Program-made: the position numbers and the translations under genes
Assembly (NCBI RefSeq): GCF_016433145.1
Contig: NC_058133.1
Span: 169,851,553 to 169,915,552, forward strand
Direction of reading: 5' to 3'
Length of the DNA: 64,000 bases
From: Gracilinanus agilis
Taxonomy: Eukaryota
Shown here: positions 11,040 through 21,737 of the stretch, one piece after another
How the letters are laid out: each line of letters opens with the position of its first letter
Numbering within the stretch: the first letter of the stretch is position 1
Notes under the pieces: model-generated
Seen by the model: the letters and a program-made list of their open reading frames with translations, nothing else
Told to the model about the DNA's origin: nothing
Databases searched by the model: none

Positions 11040-11250
11040 TTTTTTTTTTTTTTTTTTTTAACCCTTACCTTCCATCTTGGAGTCAATACTGTGTATTGGC
11101 TCCAAGGCAGAAGAGTGGTAAGGGTAGGCAATGGGGGTCAAGTGACTTGCCCAGGGTCACACAGCTGGGAAGTGTCTGGGGCCAAATTTGAACCCAGAAC
11201 CTCCCATCTCTAGGCCTGGCTCTCAATCCACTGAGCTACCCAGCTGCCCC
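11040..11250 (-). mobile_element. SINE1_Mdo-like SINE (younger of a same-site pair)
   Basis: Near-consensus antisense copy with long poly-T; flanked by ccactggagcttt (11027) and ccactggaccttt (11251). Confidence 0.93.
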
Positions 11251-12298
11251 CCACTGGACCTTTTTAAGCAAGGAAGTGACTGATCTTTTAGCAATATATC
11301 TTTGGCAGTTATATGAAGGATGAATTGGAGAGAAGAAATTTGGGGTAAGGAAATATATTAGTCAGGAGACTAATTTCATTAGTCTAGATGGGAGGTGATG
11401 AGAATCTCTCCAATAGTGGTTGTGGTAGGAATGGAGGGAAAGGGACAGATGCGAGAGAGAGGGGTAGAGGTAGAATCCATAAGTCCTGGCAAATCAGTTG
11501 CTGTAGAGGGACTGAATCAGGCATTGACTAGCTGGTGATGACGTAGAAGCTGCCAACTTGGGTAATGAGGATGATGGTGACTTTGACAGAAATAGGATAG
11601 TTAGTCTGAGGGGAAAGTTTTTTTTTTTTTTAAAGATAATTTAGTTATGTTTTGGACATGTTGGATTCAAACTATTGAATGCTGTGTTAAAAATATGTTG
11701 AGTCCAGGATATATTTCCAGGACATATAATTGGAAATGTCTAATTGGCAGTTAGTGATATGATCCTGGAGATCAGGAGACTAGGGCTGGAAATAAAGATC
11801 TGGGAATCATCGGTATAGAGATAATCATCGAACTCATGGGAACTGATGAGATCATAGAGGGTTCTGCAACATATCTTCTGTCAGATTTTGTGTCCCAAGT
11901 TTTAGATTGGAAAAAATGGTTGCTGTTGGCATAAGGAAAACCAAGGAAGCAGGAATGTGTGAGGCCTGCGGGCTGGAGGAGAGTGAAGATTCCAGGAGAG
12001 CTTTACCTCTGAGCTTTCATCCTAGCTCAAAGCCCTATTTTTCTCCCTACCCAGCATTGGGAGCAAATCAACAGGCTTACACTGGACAGTAATGGTGATT
12101 TGATTATCTAAAAGCAGGCACGAGGGCCAGGAAGAGGACCTCATTAGTACATAGATATTCAGGAAGCAGGAAAGGTCCTGATCAGAGCATCTGGAAACTG
12201 GTGTCTCCTGTCTTAGTTTTCGGGCAGATCTTGGAGAAGGGGTAGCAGGTAAGGATGGGCCTTTAGGCCTTGGAGCATCCTCAATCTACTAGTCTGGA

Positions 12299-12491
12299 CT
12301 TTTTTTTTTTTTTTTTAAACCCCTACCTTATGTGGTAGAATGGATACTAAGTATTGGTTCCAGGACAGAAGAACAATAACGGCTAGGCAGGCAAGAGTCA
12401 CACAGCTAGTAAGGGTCTGAGGCCACATTCAAACTCAGGACTTCCTATTTCTAGGACTGGCTTTCTATCCACTGAACCACCTGGCTGCCTC
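12299..12491 (-). mobile_element. SINE1_Mdo-like SINE with internal deletion
   Basis: Poly-T, aaacccctacctt..., ends ccacctggctgcctc. Confidence 0.8.
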
Positions 12492-12914
12492 TCATCTGCA
12501 CCTTCTTAACTCATCTAGAATGAGAAAAAAGGAGTGCAAATAAAAACTCCTCTAAGGTGTATTAAATATATGACTGGACAAATTACTTACCTTTTCTGTT
12601 CCTCAGTTTCCTTAGCTGTAAAAGGGGAATAACAACACTTGAAGGCAGGCGACGAGCATTTATTAAATGTTTATTATGTGTACATGAATATAGACATGAA
12701 GAAAGCCAGTCTGTGCCCTCAAGGAGCTTGCATTCGAACAGGAGACAATATATAACAGGGAAGTGAAAAACAGGAGTCTAAATGGGCATTTGCATAGAGC
12801 AGTTGTGAGGAAAGCACTCTATAAACCTTTGAGTGCTCTAGAAATAGCATTTGTTGCAGTTATTACTGTTAATAATTGTTATTATGATTTCTTTCCAAGT
12901 AACGGAGAGGTGGG

Positions 12915-13150
12915 ATAGGACTGTGGCCTAGTGGGTAGAGTGCTAGACTTGGGAGTGAGGAAGATTTGAATTCAGATCCTGCCCCAACAGTTACTGTTTA
13001 ACCCCACGCACGACCTTTCTTTGCCTCAGTTTCCTTGTTTGTAAAAAAGGGGAGAATAATGATGTTGGTCTGTCCCTCACAGGGTCGACGTGGGGCTCAA
13101 AGGAGCTGATCTGTCCAAAGCACTTTGCAGACCTGCCAGAAACGTGGGTT
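12915..13150 (+). mobile_element. MIR-type CORE-SINE, GC-enriched at its 3' end
   Basis: Head tagtgggtagagtgctagacttggg, CORE ttgcctcagtttccttgtttgtaaaa, tail ...aaagcactttgcagacc. Confidence 0.75.
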
Positions 13151-13379
13151 GTTATTCTGTGGGCTTGTCCTGAAGGCTTGGATTCACTTGGGCATGGGTG
13201 GTGGTGAATCACGGAGCACATCGAGGCTGCCCCCCTCCATCCCCCTGGCTACACCTTCCCTCACATCCTGTTATTCAGGAGGCTCTCTGGGGTTGGGAAG
13301 TGCGTACATCCTGCACTCTGGGCTGTGGGGAGGGAGCAGAACTGGGATGGCTTGCCAGTGATGTCCTAGAGCAGCTGGA

Positions 13380-13620
13380 GGAGCCGAGTGGCCAAGGCAG
13401 GGTGTGCCCAGCCCGGGAGCGGACGGATTGGGTCTGGAGAAAGAGCTTGGCTCCGTTTCGAGGAACGAGAGGATTCCCAGAACTAGGGCCTGGGCGGGGA
13501 GTCGGGAGCCTGGGCAGGCGGGGAGGGGGTTGCAGAAGGAGATAGGCAGGATCTCTGGGCTGGAGGTCTTCTCGAAGACATTGGAAAACCACTTGTTGGG
13601 GGTTGCTGCTCAGGTACGGG
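13380..13620 (+). promoter_or_regulatory. S100A16: CpG-rich intronic segment, candidate alternative S100A16 promoter/exon
   Basis: 10 CpGs within 13381-13520, GC box GGGCGGGG at 13492-13499, donor CAG|GTACGG at 13614. Confidence 0.45.
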
Positions 13621-14362
13621 CCAGGGGGGACCCCTTCTAGGGCTGGGATTCTGCGTGAGCCTGGGCCATGGGGTACACTGGGGTGTGGGTCGTGGCCTGA
13701 CTAGCTGGAAAGGGCCTTAGAGATCCAGCTGCTGCTGGCTGCCGCTGCGGCCACAATGCTTGGGCACTTTGCCCCAGTGGCCCACGGAGTGCGGGTGTGG
13801 GGTGTGTGTAGAGTTTGGGGGAAGATTGTTCCACTCTGGATGCAGATGAGGGGAAGAGAGGGTTTCTATTAATCCTAGAAGGTGTGTGCCAGTTGGGAAA
13901 GTTACTCCATTCAGAATTTGGGCTGGAAGAAAAATGGGGAGAGGGTCTCTCTGTATCTGCCCCCCCTTTCACCTAAGGTGTGGGTGGGAGGGGACAGGGG
14001 ACACCTGGGAGGGCCCAGGGTGTGGGGCTGGGAGGGGCTGGCAATTAGAATCCGTCTCTCTTCCCACGGAAGCCTCTCTCCCAGTTGGGGTTCTGCTGCG
14101 CTCCTAGCCTTGGGCCTGAGGCTGGGGAGGGACCGGGAGAACCTGTCTGGGCGGTTGGATGGTGGAAACACCTGGAATGGGGGAGCTCCATAGCTCTCAT
14201 TCCAGATCGGAGCCCCTCCACCCACCCTCCCCTCTTTTCCCAGGGCCTGAGGAGCTCTCCCTTACCTCTTCCTCCGTCTCCCAGGGCTGGGGCTGGTGGG
14301 CTGGGGCCGAGTTCCTTTCCTTAATGCCCGCTGCTTTTCCTTTAGAGCCCTGAGCAGGTGAG

Positions 14363-14518
14363 ATGGCCGAGGAATGCTACACAGAGCTGGAACAGGCAAT
14401 CCAAGTCCTGGTGGTCAACTTCTACAAATACGTATCCAAGCACAGTCTGGTTCGGAACAAGATCAGCAAAAGCAGTTTCCGAAAAATGCTGCAGAAAGAA
14501 CTCAACCACATGCTGACA
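14363..14518 (+). CDS. S100A16: S100A16 coding exon 1 (MAEECYTELEQAIQVLVVNFYKYVSKHSLVRNKISKSSFRKMLQKELNHMLT)
   Basis: Translated by hand (absent from the ORF track); close to human/mouse S100A16; acceptor ttttcctttag at 14345, Kozak gagATGG, donor ACA|GTAAGG. Confidence 0.97.
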
Positions 14519-14977
14519 GTAAGGGATTGAACCCCTTTCCGGACCCCCACCTCCACCCCGAGGGAAAAGTCCCACTGGGCTGTGGGCTGCATGCCCGGGA
14601 GGCCTGGGGTGGAGCTGGTGGACAGACCTTCTTTTGTTTTGAAATCTCTAAGGGGGAAAGGGGCGGGGAGGGAGGTGGTATGTGACTTGCCGCCTCAATT
14701 GGGTCCTAGTCAGAGATTTAGAGCCAGAAGGGACCCTCAAGCCCTCCCATGTTATGGAGAAGGAAACCGAGGCTCAGGGAGGGACCTCAGTGAAGGGCAT
14801 GCAGATGGTAAATGTTAAGAGGTGGCGTTTGAACCCCGGTGTCCTCTGACTCCAGCCCAGTGCCCTTTCCCCTAAGTCCCCCTGCCTCCAGCTCTGGGCT
14901 CTCCTCTCGGCCGCCCAGCCTGCCCCCAATCCCCACGGACTCCTCCCTGGCCTTACTGACCATTGCCTCCCTCCCAG

Positions 14978-15136
14978 GACACCAGCAACAGGAAGGCAGC
15001 TGACAAGCTCATTCAGAACCTGGATGCCAACCATGACGGGCGCATCAGCTTTGATGAATATTGGACCTTGATAGGTGGGATCACCTGCCCAATCGCCAAC
15101 CTCATACGCCAGCAGGAGCAGCAAAGCAGTGGCTAG
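14978..15136 (+). CDS. S100A16: S100A16 coding exon 2 (DTSNRKAADKLIQNLDANHDGRISFDEYWTLIGGITCPIANLIRQQEQQSSG*)
   Basis: Acceptor ctcccag|GAC; canonical EF loop DANHDGRISFDE; TAG at 15134-15136; total 104 aa. Confidence 0.97.
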   Translation, partial: DTSNRKAADKLIQNLDANHDGRISFDEYWTLIGGITCPIANLIRQQEQQSSG

Positions 15137-15635
15137 CAGCCCTTCTTTCTCCTCCGGAACCTCTCCTTCCCCTCCCTGTCAAACTGCGGCCTTCTGGCCT
15201 TGAACTTCATCCTTTAGGCTCCAGCCTTCTTCCAGGCCCTGCTCTTTCTCACCTTTTCCTTCTCCCCATGGACTGCTCTTCCCATCTCTAATGAACTGGG
15301 GGAGGGTGAGATATCGGGGACCCCCGTGGGGCGTCTCAGGGTCCCTTCCCCTTTGCCCCCTGTCCACCTCCTCCCCTCCTTTCCCTAGTCTTCTTGAGCT
15401 GAAGCAGTCTCTGGGGCTTGTCCTCTGGCATCGCCCTGGGTTGGGAGGCTTTGATGACTTGTGGCATCTTGGGTGCCAGCAGCATCAACTCATTCTCAAA
15501 CCCTCTGTCCCTAGTGAAGTAGGGACAAAAAACAAAACAAAACCTGGCTGGGGGGGGGGGGAACTCTCTGTCCCATGGTCTATTAAGGACCCTAGCAAGG
15601 GCTCCTGTCTCACCCCCTTTCCCCTTCCATTCTGC

Positions 15636-15641
15636 AATAAA
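15636..15641 (+). terminator. S100A16: Polyadenylation signal of S100A16 (a second, ATTAAA, at 15694-15699)
   Basis: AATAAA 500 nt after the stop codon; repeats resume shortly after. Confidence 0.6.
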
Positions 15642-16903
15642 AGCTGGATTTGGAGTCTAAACCCCTTCTCACCCTGGTACGCTTGTGTCACTCATTAAAT
15701 CTCCTTACTTCCTCTTGGTTCAACTCCTCTCATCATTAAGGTACCTGAATTCCTGAACACAGGACCAAGGAGGAAGCTCTGAGAGATAAGAAACTGAAGG
15801 ATCATCGGAGAGATCAGTGCCTAGCACTTAGTAGGTGCTTAATAAATGTAGAATGATTGATTGATTGGTGAAGAGTTGAAGAAGGAATCAGAAATTCTTG
15901 ATTTTAGCATATGCCTTAGGCCCTAAGGTGAGACATTTATTCATTCATTGATTCTTTCAACCAACATTTATTAAGGATTTACTATATGTCAGGCACTGTT
16001 CTCTGGGCTGGGGAATAAATGCAAAGATGTAAAGCAAAATAAAACAATTTCTTACCTCAAGAACTTACATTTTGTGCCCTAAATGGAGAGAAGCTCTTGC
16101 ACTCCTCCCATAGCACTTCATATTTCCCCAAACACTTTTATCTGCTCCCATCTAATTCCCACAACCATCCTGGGAACTGGGCATGGCAGGCATTATCCCC
16201 ATTTAACAGATGAGGAATAGAGGCCCATGGAGTTAGTGACAGAACCAAGAAACCATACTTGCCTTTCTCATCTCTTAAACAGTTGTCCCACTTCCATTCT
16301 CCGTTCCTAACTGCAACTCCTCTCTGTTACTCCCCTTTCTTTCCAAAGGGGGAAGATCTATACTTTTAAGTGAGATGCAATGGGGTCTTCTAGATCAGGA
16401 ATGAGAACAGAGGTAGGAGGATGCCTAGAATGACCTGTCAAAGTCTTAGACAACAATCATCCCCAGATCTCTTCTACTTTTTTTTTGCCCTGAGACAATG
16501 TTGTAGCTGTACCCCATTTAGTCACTTAATTCTGAAGCTCAGTATTTAATTGCGGCACTTAGTCTAGAATCTCTCATACCTGACATTGATTCTTCTACAC
16601 CTGAGACCTATCTACCTCCCCCTGATATATTCCCCATCCATGACACCTTTTCCATCCTATATGCATAAGCTGCATCCCCAGCACACTCCTCTAACACATA
16701 ATAAAGGAAAAGTGCATTTTTATCAATGGGGGGACTCTCAGCATGGAAACTCTCTTCTTCAAAGCAAAGAACATCCTATGGTTTTGAAGTCAGAGAAAGT
16801 GACTTGAAGCAGCTAGTGGGATAAAGTAGCTAGTAAGTGTCAGAAGTAGTTTTTTTTTTTTTCCGTTTTTAGGTTTTCTGGGTTTCTTAGGAAGAAAAGT
16901 TTA

Positions 16904-17110
16904 GGGGGAAGCTGGGTGGCTCAGTAGGTTGAGAGCCAGGCCTAGAGACAGGAGGTCCTAGTCTCAAATCTGGCCTCAGACACTACCTAGCTGTGTGACC
17001 CTGGGCAAGTCACTTGACCCGCATTGCCTACCCTTACCAATCTTCTGCTTGGAACCAATACAGAGTATTGATTCTAAGATGGAAGGGAAGGGTTTAAAAA
17101 AAAAAAAAAA
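16904..17110 (+). mobile_element. SINE1_Mdo-like SINE
   Basis: Full sense copy ending aagggtttaaaaaaaaaaaaaaa. Confidence 0.9.
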
Positions 17111-17231
17111 GGTTTAATTGACTCATGGCAAAAACCCCATCTAAGAAATCTGCCTGACTCCAATCCTGACTTAACTCACTATGCCTCTGTGGTCCCCCTA
17201 AAAATAGAGTTGAAATAGACTTGCTATTCTT

Positions 17232-17429
17232 TAAAATTTTTTTTGAACCCTTATCTTCCGTCTTGGAGTCAATACTGTGTATTGGCTCCAAGGCAGAAGA
17301 GTGGTAAGGGTAGGCAATGGGGATCAAGTGACTTGCCCAGGGTCACACAGCTAGGTAGTGTCTGATTTGAACCCAGGACCTCCCATCTCTAGGCCTGGCT
17401 CTCAATCCACTGAGCTACCCAGCTGCCCC
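17232..17429 (-). mobile_element. SINE1_Mdo-like SINE with 16-bp TSD
   Basis: TSD tagacttgctattctt at 17216-17231 and 17430-17445. Confidence 0.93.
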
Positions 17430-17669
17430 TAGACTTGCTATTCTTGATACTTATTCCCTGCCCACTTCACTTTTGATCTTTGTCTCTCAATTTTGGATAT
17501 TTTTCTTATCCTTGAAATTTACTGGGGCAGCAGAATTTATTGTCTATCAAACACATGTCTCTCCATTTCTAACATCTCCCATTTTGGGCACATATCTTCA
17601 CTGCTTTCTTTTCTTTATCCTCCCTTCCCTACTCCTTCCTTCCCTACTCCTTCCTTACCCATCTCCACA

Positions 17670-17945
17670 TCTCTGATACTTAACTACATTCCTGATGGAT
17701 GTTATCTCCTATTCCTGACAATTATTTCTTTACTCAGTTCCTACCCCTCATCCTGGTTACTTATCCTTTGTTCCTGACAATTATCTCCCTACTCCATACT
17801 TATCCCTCATTCCTGACACTTATCTTTACACCTGACACTTATCTCTCAGTTCCTGATACAGATTCCTCACCTCTGAGACTCATTCTTCATGTTGACACTC
17901 ATCCTCTTCCTGACACATTTCTATTTCTCACATTTATCCATTCTC
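17670..17945. repeat. Degenerate ~20-bp minisatellite (core CCTGACACTTATC)
   Basis: CCTGACA at 17714, 17773, 17812, 17831 and 17909, with variants in between. Confidence 0.65.
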
Positions 17946-17987
17946 CCCTTTTTTTAATCCATACCATTTCCCCCCCACCCCATTCTT

Positions 17988-18163
17988 AGTTTCTGTCTTA
18001 GAATCAATAGGTTCCAAGGCAGAGGAGTGGTAAGGGCTAGGCAATTTGGGTCAAGTGACTCACGCAGGGTCACATAGCTAAGAAGTATCTAAGGCCATAT
18101 TTGAACCCAGATCCTTCCAACTCCCGGTCTAGCATTCTATCCACTGAGCCACCTAGCTGTCCC
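17988..18163 (-). mobile_element. SINE1_Mdo-like SINE
   Basis: Antisense copy ttctgtcttagaatcaat...ccacctagctgtccc. Confidence 0.85.
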
Positions 18164-18256
18164 CTTCTCCCCTTTTATTCCATCCCATTTTATCCTAGCT
18201 TATCCCCTATCCTTGACAGTTGCCCTTTGACATTTATCCTCTATCTAGGAGACTTT

Positions 18257-18877
18257 TGTTAAAGGGATTTTCTTAATCTCTCCTCCTTTCTCCTTAAGAG
18301 GCTAGAGAGCAGGATTTCTAAGTAGATCCGAACTGACAGGAGTGAGTGAGGCTGAGCTGAAGATTCTGTTACCAGGGAGACCAGCACTGAGGAGAGGAAG
18401 TGGCCGGTCCTCTGACAGAAAGTTAGGGGAGACAGCTGGTCAGTGAGGAGATAAAGGAAGCAGCGATGAGGGAAGGAGGTCTTCTGCCTCTGGGCTCTCT
18501 AGAGAGCAGGAGGTCTGTCTCTGGGGCAAGCATCTTCTGGCAGTTGGCTACTGACAGTCTGGGCTGCTGTAGAAAACTGATTGAAGGAGTGAGAGAGTGG
18601 AGGCTGTCCATTGTTTTAGGGAGTTAGTTAGTGAATCGTTTATAGATAGAGCAGGTTAGATAGGCCTGGCATGCTAGGCAGAAGAAACTGTCCTCAGAAG
18701 ACAGTTAGAGGTAGTTTTAGGAACTTTTAGGTAGTATTGGGAATTTTAGATATATTTATAGGATATGAGATTAATCTTCTTTTCTATCTTTCTATCTATA
18801 CTTCTTTCTTAAATTAACCAAAATTTCTGTTAAACTGCTCTCCTCACTTTGTTGAACTCCTTAATTTAACCCTTACA
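18257..18877. mobile_element. Probable solo ERV LTR (~620 bp)
   Basis: Begins TGTTAAAGGG and ends CCCTTACA (imperfect inverted termini, TG...CA); composition differs from flanks; no clean TSD seen. Confidence 0.6.
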
Positions 18878-19160
18878 CCGCCCATCCTAGACACAATTCC
18901 CCTCCCTACTCCTAATCCATCAACTAGCTTCCATGTTCTTGGCATTCCAGCTTTATTTATCCTTGACACACAATCCTTCTCCTGTGACTCATTGGTCTCT
19001 TATCTCTGGCTTTTAGCTTACCCACAATCAATCATCAATTTATAGAGCACCTACTGGATAGAAGGGATTATGGAGAAGGTGGAAGTTTGTGGCCTGGCCC
19101 TTATTTTCAAGGAGGTTATAATTTAGTCTGAGGAGAGACAACACAGAAGCAAACAGAATA

Positions 19161-19358
19161 GGGGGCAGCTAGGTAACACATGGATAGAGAGCTAGGCCTG
19201 GACTTGAGTGGACCTGGGTTCAAATCTGACCTCAGACATGTCCTAGTTGTGTGACCTTGGGCAAGTCACTTAACCACAATTGCCTAGCCCTTACTACTCC
19301 TCTGTCTTGGAACCAATACACTGTATTGATTCTAATATGGAAGGTAAGGGTTAAAAAA
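19161..19358 (+). mobile_element. SINE1_Mdo-like SINE
   Basis: Full sense copy. Confidence 0.88.
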
Positions 19359-20079
19359 TTATGTAGATTATAGTTCTTGAGTATTGATCTATGAAGTTGG
19401 TTGGGTTGGGTAGGAGGACAGATGGCAGATCACTGAGGGAGGCAAATAGGAGTTCAAACAATGTGAAAATGAGGAGTCAATGAAAGTTTTTGAGCAGTTA
19501 TGATAGCTCATAATTTTTAGCACTTTAAGTTTCATAAAGCAATTTACACAAATTATTTGATCCTTACAACAACCTGCAAGGTTAGGTACTAGAGGTATTA
19601 TTATCTCCATTTTATAGATGGGCGAAGTGAGGCTTGCCTAAGGTCACACAATTGGCATGTTCTGGAGTCAACTGAATATTTGTCTCTTCTGGTTCCAATC
19701 CCAGCACTCCCTACTATGTCATACTGCCTGGAAAGAATTTTTAAAAGATCAGTCTGCTAGTCTTATATAAATAGCAATTGCCATTATTACTATCATCATT
19801 TAAGATTAGTCTGGCAGTCTGGCAGTCAGAGGATTTGGAAAGGGAGGGGATTGTGGACATAGTTATATTGAGAAGAGATATCTCTCCCTTCCTCTGAGAC
19901 TGGATGGAAGGATGAAGGGATAGATGCAGAGAGAGGAATAAGTTTAGCTGGGAACAAGGGGCGCATCCCAATGGTTTTGGCTTTGTGTAATAGTAATACT
20001 CTTAGGGCAATAGCAATATTTTACATTTACAAGAGATAAATAAAAGGTTTGTTTGGCAGTGAGAATGGCCCATGTGGTG

Positions 20080-21180
20080 TTAGGATGAATTTGTTTTATA
20101 GTAGGTAGGCATAACTCTATATCTTCCTCTAGAAACATTCTATGGTTTGAGAGTTGGAACGGAGAAGCCGGAGAAACCCTGGATGTGATCTAAGGTTGGA
20201 GACTGGAATGACGGTCAATTAAAGGTCAATGAGGCAAAGACATTTAGTTGGTGGTGAGATCATTACTGAAGTGATTCATATGGGGTGAAGGATAGGTAGA
20301 GAGCCCAGGGAAGCCGACAGTGCCTGGTTAATGCACCTGAGGAAGGGGAAGAGATTGGGTGATCAGAGGTTTGGAAGAGAGCAAAGGACTAGTTTTGTAA
20401 CTATGGGGAATGAAGAAATTAGGATATTGTGGTTGAATAAGGGATCCCCATGCTTGATATCTCTGGGGCAGAGAAGTGAAATGTGAGGAGATTCAGGACG
20501 TGTGACTAATATGGAGGGAAGAAAGAAGTCAGTAGAGTTAAATGGGTAACCATTGCTTGTCAGGGACATTGGAGAGGGGAAGCAGTGCCAGTTGACCATG
20601 GCCATGATGGTTCAGAGTGGAAGCAAGTAAGGAGCTGTAAAATCAAGGAGCCCAATTCATTGTCAGTATAGGTGCTGGAATCAGAGGGGGGAACGAAGGA
20701 ACTCGAGCCAGGTGCTGAAGTTGTCAAAGAAGAGAGAAATGAGTCCGGTGGGCAGTAGTGGCATGACAATGATGTAGGAAAGGTTGTCTAGACAGACATA
20801 TGGAAGTCATCGACGTGGAAGTGATAGCTGAAGTTGGTAAAGTGTACAAAGAGCAGGGCTTGAACCTTGGAGAGTAGTCAGGGAGGAAGAAGAGTCAAAA
20901 AGCCACCAAAGGTAGGAGAGGTAGAATGATGAACCAGGATACAGTAGTAGTGACCTGGGAACCAAGGGAGGAGGAGCTTTCTAGTGTACAAATTCAGTCA
21001 ATTGCTTAGGATTGAACTGCCAGAGCAATTATTTACCTCCCCAAACACTCACCCACCCATTTATTCAGTGACACTCTCTAATCAAGCATTTATTAGATAC
21101 TCACTGTGTAGGGTGCTAGGGGCACAAAGATAAAAATGAAAAAAGTTTCTATTTCAAGTGGATCATATTCTAACGGGGAA
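20080..21180 (-). mobile_element. L2 LINE remnant including a decayed ORF2 endonuclease region
   Basis: Minus-strand translation GDPLFNHNIL (ORF 20363-20605) resembles the APE-type endonuclease motif xPLSDHNLL; flanking antisense L2 motifs; boundaries approximate. Confidence 0.55.
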
Positions 21181-21199
21181 AATATATGTTGTTGTTCAA

Positions 21200-21401
21200 T
21201 TTTTTTTTAAACCCTTACCTTCCGTCTTGGAGTCAATACTGTGTATTGGCTCTAAGGCAGAAGAATGGTAAGGGTAGGCAATGGGTGTTAAGTGACTTGC
21301 CCAGGGTCACACAGCTAGGAAGTGTCTGAGGTCAGATTTGAACCTAGGACCTCCCATCTCTAGGCCCGGCTCTCAATCCACTGAGCTACCCAGCTGCCCC
21401 C
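21200..21401 (-). mobile_element. SINE1_Mdo-like SINE nested in a MAR1-type SINE (21185-21645)
   Basis: Near-consensus antisense copy flanked by tgttcaatt on both sides. Confidence 0.9.
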
Positions 21402-21644
21402 TGTTCAATTGTTTTGAATCATTTCTGACTCTTTGTGACCCTATTTGAAGTTTTCTTAGCAAAGATATCAGAGTAGCTTGCCATTTCCTTCTTCATCCCT
21501 TTTTATAGATGAGAAAACCGAGACAGAGTTAAGTGACCTTCCCAGCATCTCACATCTAGTAAGTGTCTGAGAACAGATTTGAACCCAGGAAGATAAGTCT
21601 TCTTGGCTCCAGGCTGGTAATTTGTCTACTGTGCCACCTAGCTG

Positions 21645-21737
21645 TCACACACATATATACAAACACACATACACATATACATATATGTGTTTATGCATAC
21701 ATAACATGTATACCTGTGTGTGTGTGTGTGTGTGTGT
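21645..21737. repeat. (CA/TA)n and (TG)n microsatellite
   Basis: Seen directly. Confidence 0.9.

Larger units (their letters stand above)
10545..11860 (-). mobile_element. L2 LINE remnant interrupted by two SINEs
   Basis: Purine-rich antisense L2 motifs (gggagccactggag, ttttggacatgttg, atctgggaatcatc); boundaries approximate. Confidence 0.65.

Noticed and set aside
19234-19243. Perfect p53/p63 half-site AGACATGTCC
   Set aside because: Single half-site inside a SINE with no adjacent second half-site.
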